A DNA stretch of 64,000 nt from Planctomycetota bacterium (GTDB lineage Bacteria; Planctomycetota; Planctomycetia; Planctomycetales; Planctomycetaceae), in the NCBI GenBank assembly GCA_003671275.1, contig QWPB01000057.1, forward strand, positions 14,788 to 78,787, in the 5' to 3' direction. A model generated the notes under the pieces. That model was not told the origin of the DNA. It made no database searches and saw nothing but the letters and a program-made list of their open reading frames with translations. The translations under genes were made by a program, and so were the position numbers. This document shows positions 9,088 to 17,499 of the stretch, in pieces. Positions within the stretch are counted from its first letter, which is position 1. Every line of letters starts with the position of its first letter.

Positions 9088-10401
9088 TTAACGATACAAC
9101 TGGGAACGGACATTACCCGCTGAAGGAGTCCCGTCGGTCGTCCGGCGGTCTTTAATCCCCACCGAAAGTTCCAGCGGAACGTTCGGCGGCGGCAGATGCA
9201 ACAACCGGGGCCGAAAGACCACCATCAGGTACAACGGAAGATACCACAGGATGTAAACCCCTCCCCGTTGCGTGTACCAGAATTGCGTCCCCAGTACGAT
9301 TGCCGCCGAATGCGACAATAGATGCTCGACCGTCTTTTGCCGCGGCAACACGGTCAGAACCAGCAACATGATGCAGTACAATGCAATCACGGGCAGACGA
9401 TACACGGAGAGATACTCCGATTCCGTCCAAAATCCCCCGCCCTTGCCATCCGATCGAAAAGCCAGCACTTCCAGGTTGATTGAACCCAGTATTTTGTAGA
9501 CGAATGTATCACTGTCCCGTGAAGTCAGAGCCAGACTACCCGCCAGAACCAGAGCAACGGCCGCCAGCGCGATGCCGAACTTCAGACTGCCCCGACGTCC
9601 GTAAAAGGCGAACCACAGCGGCAGCAGAAAGACCGGAAAGAACATCGTGCCGCACGCCAGACCCAACAGCACCCCCGACGCAATCGGCTTGCGATAACAA
9701 ACCAGGGCCCACACGATCAGTGCTGCTGGAAGCACATGATTAAACCGCCCCACATCGTATGCCGTTCCCGGCAAAAGCATGTAAAGCGTGGCAGCTGCCA
9801 ATCCTAGCTGGGCATCACCAAACAGCACCTTTCCCGCAGTGATCAATCCGGCGACCACCGCGCCATGCGCCAGGATTGCCAGGATTCGATCGGCCAGATC
9901 TTCAAAGACCAACCCGACGGGAGCCGCCAGCAATGGAGCCGCCGGCCCTGGGGCGGGCTCGTCATTCATCCGTAACACTTCCGGAACGCTTTCGCGATTG
10001 ATCAAAGCTTCCGCCTGCTTCACGGTTTCCGCCGTCGATCGAGGCAGTGTCTCGGTTATCGCCTTTGTCGATAGAAACACAAAAGCGCAGCCGCAGAGGA
10101 AAATCAACCCGCTATTGTTGAGGTTCTGTCCTAACTGAGGACGCCGCTGCAGGATCGGATCAAATAGCAGGCGTGCCATGTACAGCACGGACACCGAGAA
10201 CAACCAGCCGTAGCCGAGTTTCTGGGTGGCGGGGTTGGCAACAAACAACAAGCCCGGGGCAACGACGAGAAGCAGAACCAGGTCGACATTGCGCAGCGAC
10301 CAGAAGCGATTGAATCGATAGAAGACAGCCAGGATGAGCAGCGTCGAAAGGTAAAACCACGTCGGTTCATTCACCGAGTAGCCCCGCAGCAACACGTCCA
10401 T
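9088..10401 (-). CDS. Polytopic integral membrane protein, family not recognised
   Basis: 437 aa with many hydrophobic segments across its length. Co-directional with the acetyltransferase downstream. Confidence 0.6.
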   Translation of the reverse strand: MDVLLRGYSVNEPTWFYLSTLLILAVFYRFNRFWSLRNVDLVLLLVVAPGLLFVANPATQKLGYGWLFSVSVLYMARLLFDPILQRRPQLGQNLNNSGLIFLCGCAFVFLSTKAITETLPRSTAETVKQAEALINRESVPEVLRMNDEPAPGPAAPLLAAPVGLVFEDLADRILAILAHGAVVAGLITAGKVLFGDAQLGLAAATLYMLLPGTAYDVGRFNHVLPAALIVWALVCYRKPIASGVLLGLACGTMFFPVFLLPLWFAFYGRRGSLKFGIALAAVALVLAGSLALTSRDSDTFVYKILGSINLEVLAFRSDGKGGGFWTESEYLSVYRLPVIALYCIMLLVLTVLPRQKTVEHLLSHSAAIVLGTQFWYTQRGGVYILWYLPLYLMVVFRPRLLHLPPPNVPLELSVGIKDRRTTDGTPSAGNVRSQLYR

Positions 10402-10793
10402 CTCATGTGCGCTCCCGCGCGACCACCACTCCCGGCACTCCCTGCCGACAGAGTTGTTGGCTCTTCATCAGACGTCATCGTGAGTCCGCACGACTGGCCC
10501 TTTACCAAGGGCTAGACCCTATGCCAAGGAGCGATTGTACCCCGGCCCGCATCAGTTTCCAATCAGGAGCCGCTCGGCCGCATCACGGGGGCCCGAAATG
10601 TCGTTCATCGCTCGAACCCGGCAGCACCCGCATCACCAGAATCCGCCCAAGAAAAAACACATCCTCATACTAAAAAATGAGATATGACAATATACCCCAT
10701 CTCAAAACTCTCGAAAGATTCGTTGATCCCGGACAGTCTCCCCTGCGTTATGATGGATGGACAGAGATCTTCTGTCCGAGAGGATCGTTCGCT

Positions 10794-11111
10794 ATGGCAA
10801 CGCTTCGTGCCCTGTGGATGACGATTTGGCCGCTCATGCGCCGCACTGCGGTTCTAATGATCGGTACCACGGTACTGCTCCTGGGGGTGGCCCTGCTGGT
10901 GCTGCCCGGCCCGGCGTTTGTAGTGATTCCGATGGGTCTGGGTATCTTGGCGATTGAATTTGCATGGGCCCACCGGTGGCTGCGGATCGCCCGGGAAAAA
11001 ACGGTCGAAGCTGTGAAACAGGTGCGTACCCGGACCCAATCTCGGCCCGAACCGCAGGATGCGACAGCCTTACGCCCGCATCCCGTCATCGAACGACAGT
11101 CCGACCTCTGA
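10794..11111 (+). CDS. Small PGPGW-type transmembrane protein
   Basis: LLLGVALLVLPGPAFVVIPMGLGILAIEFAWAHRWL matches the PGPGW-family signature. An AT-rich stretch lies upstream. Confidence 0.6.
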   Translation: MATLRALWMTIWPLMRRTAVLMIGTTVLLLGVALLVLPGPAFVVIPMGLGILAIEFAWAHRWLRIAREKTVEAVKQVRTRTQSRPEPQDATALRPHPVIERQSDL

Positions 11112-11135
11112 GAGCCGGGGAACGGTGGCCACCGC

Positions 11136-11822
11136 TCACTCAGGCGGCAGCAGATCGCCGCGACGTTCGCGAGTCCGTCGCAGGCTCTGCTCGGCCCGCC
11201 ATTGGGCGATTTCGGCATGGTTTCCGTTGAGCAGCACCTCGGGTACGCTCATCCCGCGATACTCGCGAGGCTTCGTGTACTGTGGATGTTCGAGCATGCC
11301 GGACTCGGCAAACGAATCGTAACGGCTACTCGTTTCATCCCCCAGAACGCCGGGAATCAGCCGAATCACCGAATCGATGATCAGCATCGCCGGAACCTCT
11401 CCACCATTGCAGATGAAGTCTCCCACGGAGATTTCCAGCGGCTTGAGCCCCTGAGCAATCCGGTCATCGAACCCCTCATACCGCCCGCAGAGCAACAACA
11501 ACCGGTCGTGCGTCGACAATTCCTGGACCAGTGCCTGATCCAGCGGGCGGCCTTGCGGCGTCAGCATAATCAATTGCCCCGGAAGCGGGGTGGCGGCCTG
11601 CACTGCTTCCACGCACTCGAACACCGGCTCGCAACGAATCAGCATCCCCGGTCCGCCCCCATACGGCGGATGGTCGACCGACTGATGCTTACCCACCGAC
11701 CAGTCTCGAAAGTTCCACAGCTGAATATCCACTAGACCGGCGTCGATGGCTTTTTTGAGCAGGCTCTGGCTCAGATAGCTGTCAAACATCCCCGGAAAGA
11801 TCGTAAGTACGTCGAATCGCAT
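11136..11822 (-). CDS. trmD: tRNA (guanine37-N1)-methyltransferase
   Basis: MRFDVLTIFPGMFDSYL, PYGGGPGM, GRYEGFDDR. The longer ORF in the track is an N-terminal over-extension. Confidence 0.95.
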   Translation of the reverse strand: MRFDVLTIFPGMFDSYLSQSLLKKAIDAGLVDIQLWNFRDWSVGKHQSVDHPPYGGGPGMLIRCEPVFECVEAVQAATPLPGQLIMLTPQGRPLDQALVQELSTHDRLLLLCGRYEGFDDRIAQGLKPLEISVGDFICNGGEVPAMLIIDSVIRLIPGVLGDETSSRYDSFAESGMLEHPQYTKPREYRGMSVPEVLLNGNHAEIAQWRAEQSLRRTRERRGDLLPPE

Positions 11823-11913
11823 GGGAAGAATGCCAGAAACCGAGGCGGAGTCATTGAGCCGAGGGGAGCCACGCCGGCAGCACGTCCGGCACAGGGGGCT
11901 GGCGGGGGTTGTC

Positions 11914-13209
11914 TCACACCTTGTCCAGGGGGTCAAGCGTGCGGTCCAGCTGATCCAGTTCGTCCAGCTGCAGCGGACTGAGTGGACGAATCAACAGCAC
12001 CAGCACTGCGGAAATGATCGCAGAACCCGCAAAGACTCCAAAGATCACATTGAGCGGCACGCTTCGATCCTGCAGAACTCCGAAACCCCAGTCGGCCAGT
12101 CCGCCGCAGCTGATGCTGACAAAATTCATGATTCCGTAACCGGTTGCCCTCAGCCGCGCGGGGACGATCTGGGAGAGGATCGGCATGTTGTTGCTGTCAA
12201 AGAACCCCCATCCCAGGCCGAACAACATCAGAAAGCCGATCGCGATCATCAATTCGGTGGCATTCCCCACCCCAAAAATGGCTGGCACAATGCACAGCAT
12301 CCCCAGAGCACTGACATTGATCCGCCCCCGGAGACTCCGCCGCATCCAGTGATCGGCCAGCCACCCGCCCACGACCGCTCCGAAGATCGCCATGAGTTGC
12401 CAGGGAAGCGTCGCGGCGATCCCTGCGCTGCCTTGTGAGATGGCAAACCGCTTCTGAAGGATGGCTGGCATCCAGTCCCGAACCACCCATCCCGCCATGG
12501 CTGGCAACGTGAAATACAGCACGAGTAGAAGAAACGAAGGATTCAGCAACAAGTGCCGCCCGATTTCGGGAACCGAGGTTGAGGGAGCCGCCGCCCGCAT
12601 CGCCGGCGCGGTCCGATCCTTGAGCAGGTACACCAGCGGGAACGCATACAGCATTCCGAAGACGCCGCAGGCTTCAAACGCCACTCGCCACCCCAGATGA
12701 GGGTCGTCGGCCACTTTGCCTCCGAATCCCCCGACGATGACCCCGCAATAGATCGCCATCTGGTGAAATCCAACGGCCCGCGAACGCGTTTCCCCGGAGT
12801 GATAATCCGCAATCATGGCCAGTGCAGCCGGAATGTAGAAGGCCTCGCTGATCCCCATCAGGGACCGCGCCCACAACAACTCGTCGTAGGTCATAACCTG
12901 ACCCGTTTTCCAGGTGACCGCTGACCACACGAACAAGCTGGTGCAGATCGTCAGTCGGCGGCTGAACCGATCGGCGATATAGCCTGCAAACGGGCTGAGG
13001 AAGGCATACACCCACTTGAACTGGCCGAGCATAAAGCCCCAGTTTTCGTTCAGGCCAGCCTCCGGGATGTCCAGTGTCACCGAGTGTTTCATTGATGCCA
13101 GCATCTGCCGGTCGAGATAGTTCAGCAGGGCCACCGGCATCAGCAGGATCACGACCAGCCACGCCGAACGGGCCAGCGAATTCGACGGAGCGGGCGAACT
13201 GTCAGTCAT
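11914..13209 (-). CDS. MFS transporter
   Basis: LNYLDRQMLASM and the motif-A-like GYIADRFSRR. About 12 hydrophobic segments. Confidence 0.85.
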   Translation of the reverse strand: MTDSSPAPSNSLARSAWLVVILLMPVALLNYLDRQMLASMKHSVTLDIPEAGLNENWGFMLGQFKWVYAFLSPFAGYIADRFSRRLTICTSLFVWSAVTWKTGQVMTYDELLWARSLMGISEAFYIPAALAMIADYHSGETRSRAVGFHQMAIYCGVIVGGFGGKVADDPHLGWRVAFEACGVFGMLYAFPLVYLLKDRTAPAMRAAAPSTSVPEIGRHLLLNPSFLLLVLYFTLPAMAGWVVRDWMPAILQKRFAISQGSAGIAATLPWQLMAIFGAVVGGWLADHWMRRSLRGRINVSALGMLCIVPAIFGVGNATELMIAIGFLMLFGLGWGFFDSNNMPILSQIVPARLRATGYGIMNFVSISCGGLADWGFGVLQDRSVPLNVIFGVFAGSAIISAVLVLLIRPLSPLQLDELDQLDRTLDPLDKV

Positions 13210-13403
13210 AGGAGGCCCTTTCCAGGCAGGCCGTCTCGGGGACATGGCGGTAGACAGGCTAACGCACTCTGGGGTCGGGAACCACTCGTCCATGCCTTAC
13301 ACCTTGCCGTCCGATCCAATCGCCATCCCTTCACACTTGCTGCATGAGGGCGGCTCCCGGACAATGCCCCAGTCCGTGCTCTTCTTTTTGTGACAGGTCC
13401 CCC

Positions 13404-14411
13404 ATGCCGATCGACTGGCAGCCGTTGGTTGAGATTCTCCGTACGCACCAGCGGTTCGTGATTAGCAGTCACGTGCGGCCCGATGCCGATGCCATTGGTT
13501 CCGAGATCGGCTTGTGCGGGCTTCTCGAACAGATGGGTAAGCAGGTCCGGATCGTCAATCCGTCGGCCACTCCCGCGCATCTGGGATTCCTCGACCCCGC
13601 CAACCGGATTCAAAAAATTGGCGAAGGGATCACCTCGGAAGAGATCTGTAACACGGACGTGCATCTGATTGTCGACACCAGTGCGTGGCAGCAACTCACG
13701 GAACTACGCAAGACTCTTGAAACGACATCCGCCAGGAAAGTGGTCATCGACCACCATCTCAGCTCTGATCATCTGGGAGCGGAATTGTTCAAAGACACCA
13801 CCGCCGCCGCCGCCGGGGTGCTAATCTGTGAACTGGCGGATGCCCTGGAGATCACGCCGACCGTGGAACAGGCAACCGCCCTGTTCTCCGCCATTGCCAC
13901 CGATACCGGCTGGTTCCGCTTCCCCAATGTGGATGCTCGAACCTTAAAGCGGATTGCCTGGCTGATTGAACTGGGGGTTCAACCCCATCTGGTCTATCGC
14001 GAGCTCTATGAGAAGTCGTCCCTGGCACGGCTGCACCTGCATGGCCGCGTCCTGAGCCGGGTCAGCCTCGAATTCGAAGGTGCAATGGGAATGACGTTCG
14101 TCCTGCAAAAAGATTTTGACGAAACCGGGGCCCACCCGTCGGACACGGAAGACCTGGTCAACGATTGCTTGACGATCGTCGGCACGCGGTGTGCCGTGAT
14201 TTTCGTCGAGCAGAAATCGGGACAGGTTAAAGTCAGTTTCCGCAGCCGTTCGGGGCTGGATGTTGCCAGTGTGGCCGAGCAGTTCGGTGGCGGTGGCCAT
14301 CGGCTGGCGTCGGGAGCCATGATGGCGGGGCCACTCGATCGGGCCAAGACTGTCGTCCTGGAAGCCATTCAAAAGGCACTGGCGATTCCGGGCATCAGTG
14401 ACCCCGTGTAG
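13404..14411 (+). CDS. DHH/DHHA1 phosphoesterase (NrnA-like oligoribonuclease / pAp phosphatase)
   Basis: SHVRPDADAIGS, VVIDHH, ATDTGWF, DHHA1 motif GGGGH. Confidence 0.85.
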   Translation: MPIDWQPLVEILRTHQRFVISSHVRPDADAIGSEIGLCGLLEQMGKQVRIVNPSATPAHLGFLDPANRIQKIGEGITSEEICNTDVHLIVDTSAWQQLTELRKTLETTSARKVVIDHHLSSDHLGAELFKDTTAAAAGVLICELADALEITPTVEQATALFSAIATDTGWFRFPNVDARTLKRIAWLIELGVQPHLVYRELYEKSSLARLHLHGRVLSRVSLEFEGAMGMTFVLQKDFDETGAHPSDTEDLVNDCLTIVGTRCAVIFVEQKSGQVKVSFRSRSGLDVASVAEQFGGGGHRLASGAMMAGPLDRAKTVVLEAIQKALAIPGISDPV

Positions 14412-14762
14412 TCGTCCGGCACATTCCGAATCAGCCACGCTCCGTCGGCAGTTTCAGCTGCGCCAGGGCGAATCGTGGTCCCTCCAGACAAATTGGGGTT
14501 GCCGCCTGACGCGAAGCGGGAATAATACGGATATGGGTCGTGCTTACGCAGCACGACAGGACTATCGGCCCGAACAGCGCGGACCGGCGAGCCGGTGCGA
14601 ATCGGGAAGTCTTGCGAGAAAGGAGGTGGTCCTGTGTCAGATTCTAGTAGCCAACGAGGTGCTCCCGCCTGATTGACGGTCGGCGGGCCGTCACAGACGG
14701 ACCCTCAGCGGGAATTGTACGCGATTCCTGCGCAGCGTGATTCGATCACGAGTCACAACCGG

Positions 14763-14799
14763 GCCCGGTCCTTGTTCTCAAGGGCCGGGCTTCTTTTTT
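14763..14799 (+). terminator. Strong intrinsic terminator (plus-strand orientation) with no annotated plus-strand gene within 350 nt upstream
   Basis: 12-bp stem gcccggtccttg / caagggccgggc (one G-U pair), tetraloop ttct, followed by ttctttttt. Confidence 0.75.
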
Positions 14800-14815
14800 G
14801 GAAAGCCAGGGCCAC

Positions 14816-16414
14816 CTATGAAGCCGCGCCCTTCGCCGACAGTTCCTTACCGATCGACCAGTGGACCACGCCGGTTCCCATAAGATTGGCCGCCGTGAAC
14901 ATCATCATCCACAGATAAAACAACGCCTGCTCTCCCGAGCCGGAAAAGGCCATCGCGAGGAACGCAAAGCCGATCCACGGAATGATCTGCGTGGCCCCGG
15001 TGGTAACCACTCCCAGAATCATGGCAATCGGAGTGGCGGCCCACCCGACAGTGATCGAAAAATAAGTAATCGCATGCAGGCACAGGATGATCACACTGAA
15101 CGCGTATGCGAAGCCCAGCATCACTTCAGGATCTCGGGCCAGTTCTTCGATGATATCCACCAGGAACGGTGTGAGCGCCAAAAACAGTACGCACAGCGTG
15201 GGGATCAACCCTAGCAGCGCCCCCCCCAGTTTCGAGTAGGCGATCTCCGGTACGGATTTGGGAAGCGTCAGCAACGTGGACCACGTCTGATCTTTGAGTT
15301 CTGGGCGGAACAGCTTCGCGGCGGTACTCCCCAGTTCCAATGGCAGGACGATCACCAGAATCACCCACGACAGCACCCCTCCCAGAATCTCCGGCAGGTG
15401 AATGTACGGCGAGCCCGACTCCGCAATGTAGAACGCGATGACCCCCATGGTCACCAGGGCATACAGACTTAGTTTCAGAATAATGCTGCGTTTTCCCCCC
15501 GCTACCTGCCGGAAATCTTTCCAGCCAATCGCCCAGTTCCAGACCCGACGAGAACGGCGGCTTCCCCCCTGCATCAACTTCTGAATCAGCGGTACCGTCG
15601 ATGACACCCCACCCATCAGGTGACGCAGGGTCAACCGGTCGAACAGCACCCACGACAGCCCGAACAGAAGGGCTCCCATCCCCAGACTCGAAATCACCTG
15701 ATCGGTCCAGATTCCACCGCTGAAACTGGTCCGCAGCAGATCCAGTGTCATGCTCCCCGTGGCCGTGCAGCGATTGTGTCGACCAACCAGTTCGCCGAGA
15801 GACCGGGCCAGCTCCTGGGGGAACAGATGCACTTCCGCCAGCAGTTCGGCCAGTCCCCACAGCAGAAGTGGCCCCACCCGCCAGAGGACCAGCAAGCTGA
15901 AGGTCCACGCCCCCGCCGATGCGTTGTCTTGTCTCCAGACGGAGCAGAACAACGCCAGATTCCCCACAAAAAACAGATGGGCCAGTAGCAGCATGTAGCT
16001 GGCACTGATCTGCTCCCATGACACCCCCCCGAGGGTGATTGTCAGCCACGTAAATGGAAATTGTGCGGAAACCAGCAGGAACGCCACCCACAAACGGGGC
16101 AGCCACTTTCCCAGGAGCAGCGACAGCGGACCGATGTTGGCCATTCGCAGCAAGCCGAGGGTCTGCTGTTCGGTCTCCTCGCTGATGGCGACGGAAAACA
16201 CCGCGCCGCCCGCAAACGTAATCAGGGCCCAGTTGGCCCATGTCATCCATTGAAACATCGTCCGACCGGGGGCGGTGGAATTCTGCATCTCGGAAACATG
16301 AACGAGAAACAACAGCAGAATCACCAGCACCAGCCCCCCCCGGACCAAGTGACTCTTGATGTCCCGTGATTCTGAGCGAAAGGCCCGAACGAGCAGTGCC
16401 AATGTCTGATTCAT
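14816..16414 (-). CDS. ABC-2-type transporter permease (large, about 12 TM)
   Basis: Highly hydrophobic 532-aa protein. Starts 57 nt downstream of the ABC ATPase gene on the same strand. Confidence 0.75.
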   Translation of the reverse strand: MNQTLALLVRAFRSESRDIKSHLVRGGLVLVILLLFLVHVSEMQNSTAPGRTMFQWMTWANWALITFAGGAVFSVAISEETEQQTLGLLRMANIGPLSLLLGKWLPRLWVAFLLVSAQFPFTWLTITLGGVSWEQISASYMLLLAHLFFVGNLALFCSVWRQDNASAGAWTFSLLVLWRVGPLLLWGLAELLAEVHLFPQELARSLGELVGRHNRCTATGSMTLDLLRTSFSGGIWTDQVISSLGMGALLFGLSWVLFDRLTLRHLMGGVSSTVPLIQKLMQGGSRRSRRVWNWAIGWKDFRQVAGGKRSIILKLSLYALVTMGVIAFYIAESGSPYIHLPEILGGVLSWVILVIVLPLELGSTAAKLFRPELKDQTWSTLLTLPKSVPEIAYSKLGGALLGLIPTLCVLFLALTPFLVDIIEELARDPEVMLGFAYAFSVIILCLHAITYFSITVGWAATPIAMILGVVTTGATQIIPWIGFAFLAMAFSGSGEQALFYLWMMMFTAANLMGTGVVHWSIGKELSAKGAAS

Positions 16415-16471
16415 CGCTGATGCATCCGTCGCCGATAGATCGTTCCCGCCCCGCCTCTGACAACTGGCGGA

Positions 16472-17419
16472 CTATGTTCGCACGCCGCGTTCCGTCAGAT
16501 CCATGAAGGCATCGTTCAGCTTCCGCTGATCCCGCTGGAACCCGGCAATCGGCACCCCCATGGTCAGCAGTTCCGCCAGGATCGCATTGGCATCGACCTC
16601 GACTGACTCCACGGTCAGACGGAACTCTGGCTTTCCCTCCACCGGCTCAACCGCTGTGACCCCCGGAAGTACGGACAACCGAGTGGACCACTGATCGGGG
16701 TCAACTTCGATCCGCAGGCGAAACACGGGCTGATCGCCTTGTGCATACAGCAGATCATCCATCGGACCACTGTACTTGGTCATGCCGCGATCGATGATCG
16801 TCACGCTGTCACACAGCTCTGCCAGTTCGCTGAGGATGTGACTGCTGATGAAGATTGTTTTCCCCATCCGCCGCAATTCGCGGAGGATTTCCATCAGTTC
16901 AATCCGGGCGCGGGGGTCGAGCCCCGATGCGGGTTCATCCAGCAGCAACAGGTCTGGATCGTTGACCAGTACGCGGGCCAGGCTGACCCGCTGCTGCATC
17001 CCCCGGGAAAGTCCCTGAATCAGATCGTCCTTGCGGCCTTCCATATCGGTCAGCGCCAGGACATCGCCCACGATCACCTCGCGACGCTTGGCGACGTGGC
17101 CATAAGCTGCGGCGAAGAAGTCGAGGTACTCGTAGACGGTCATCTGCTTATACATGCTGAAGTGGTCGGGCATGTAACCGAGCTTCTGCCGGATCTCCTT
17201 CACATCGGTCCGGACATCCTTACCAAAGACCCGGATTCGTCCGGTCTGCGGTTTTAGCAAGGTGCAGATCAGTTTCAGCGAGGTCGTCTTGCCCGCGCCG
17301 TTCGGACCGACGAAACCATGCAGCGTTCCCGCTGCGACTTCGAAGCTGATGCCGTTCAGGGCGCGATGATCCTTGAACAAATGGGTCACTTTTTCGACTT
17401 CAATGATCGGCTGACTCAT
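16472..17419 (-). CDS. ABC transporter ATP-binding protein
   Basis: Walker A GPNGAGKTT, signature LSRGMQQR, Walker B LLLLDEP. Start at MSQPIIEVEKV. Confidence 0.9.
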   Translation of the reverse strand: MSQPIIEVEKVTHLFKDHRALNGISFEVAAGTLHGFVGPNGAGKTTSLKLICTLLKPQTGRIRVFGKDVRTDVKEIRQKLGYMPDHFSMYKQMTVYEYLDFFAAAYGHVAKRREVIVGDVLALTDMEGRKDDLIQGLSRGMQQRVSLARVLVNDPDLLLLDEPASGLDPRARIELMEILRELRRMGKTIFISSHILSELAELCDSVTIIDRGMTKYSGPMDDLLYAQGDQPVFRLRIEVDPDQWSTRLSVLPGVTAVEPVEGKPEFRLTVESVEVDANAILAELLTMGVPIAGFQRDQRKLNDAFMDLTERGVRT

Positions 17420-17499
17420 GAGGCGGATTCCGCAAAGGTGTGTGGAGTGACGCGAAAATGGGGCTGACGACACGGCCGGACGCAGCGGTGGAATGCGGG

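Noticed and set aside
14412-14815. Tested whether the structured spacer is tmRNA, RNase P RNA, SRP RNA or 6S RNA.
   Set aside because: There is no GGGG...CCACCA acceptor pairing or GGUUCGA T-arm. There is no GAGGAAAGUCCGGGC-type CR-I or ACAGAACCCGGCUUA-type CR-V, and no GGAAGCAGCC SRP motif. It is kept as an unclassified candidate in the findings.
15126-16463. 445-aa minus-strand ORF in a second frame over the ABC permease.
   Set aside because: It is Gly/Arg/Ser/Ala-rich with no hydrophobic-segment pattern. The overlapping frame encodes a coherent polytopic permease adjacent to its ATPase.
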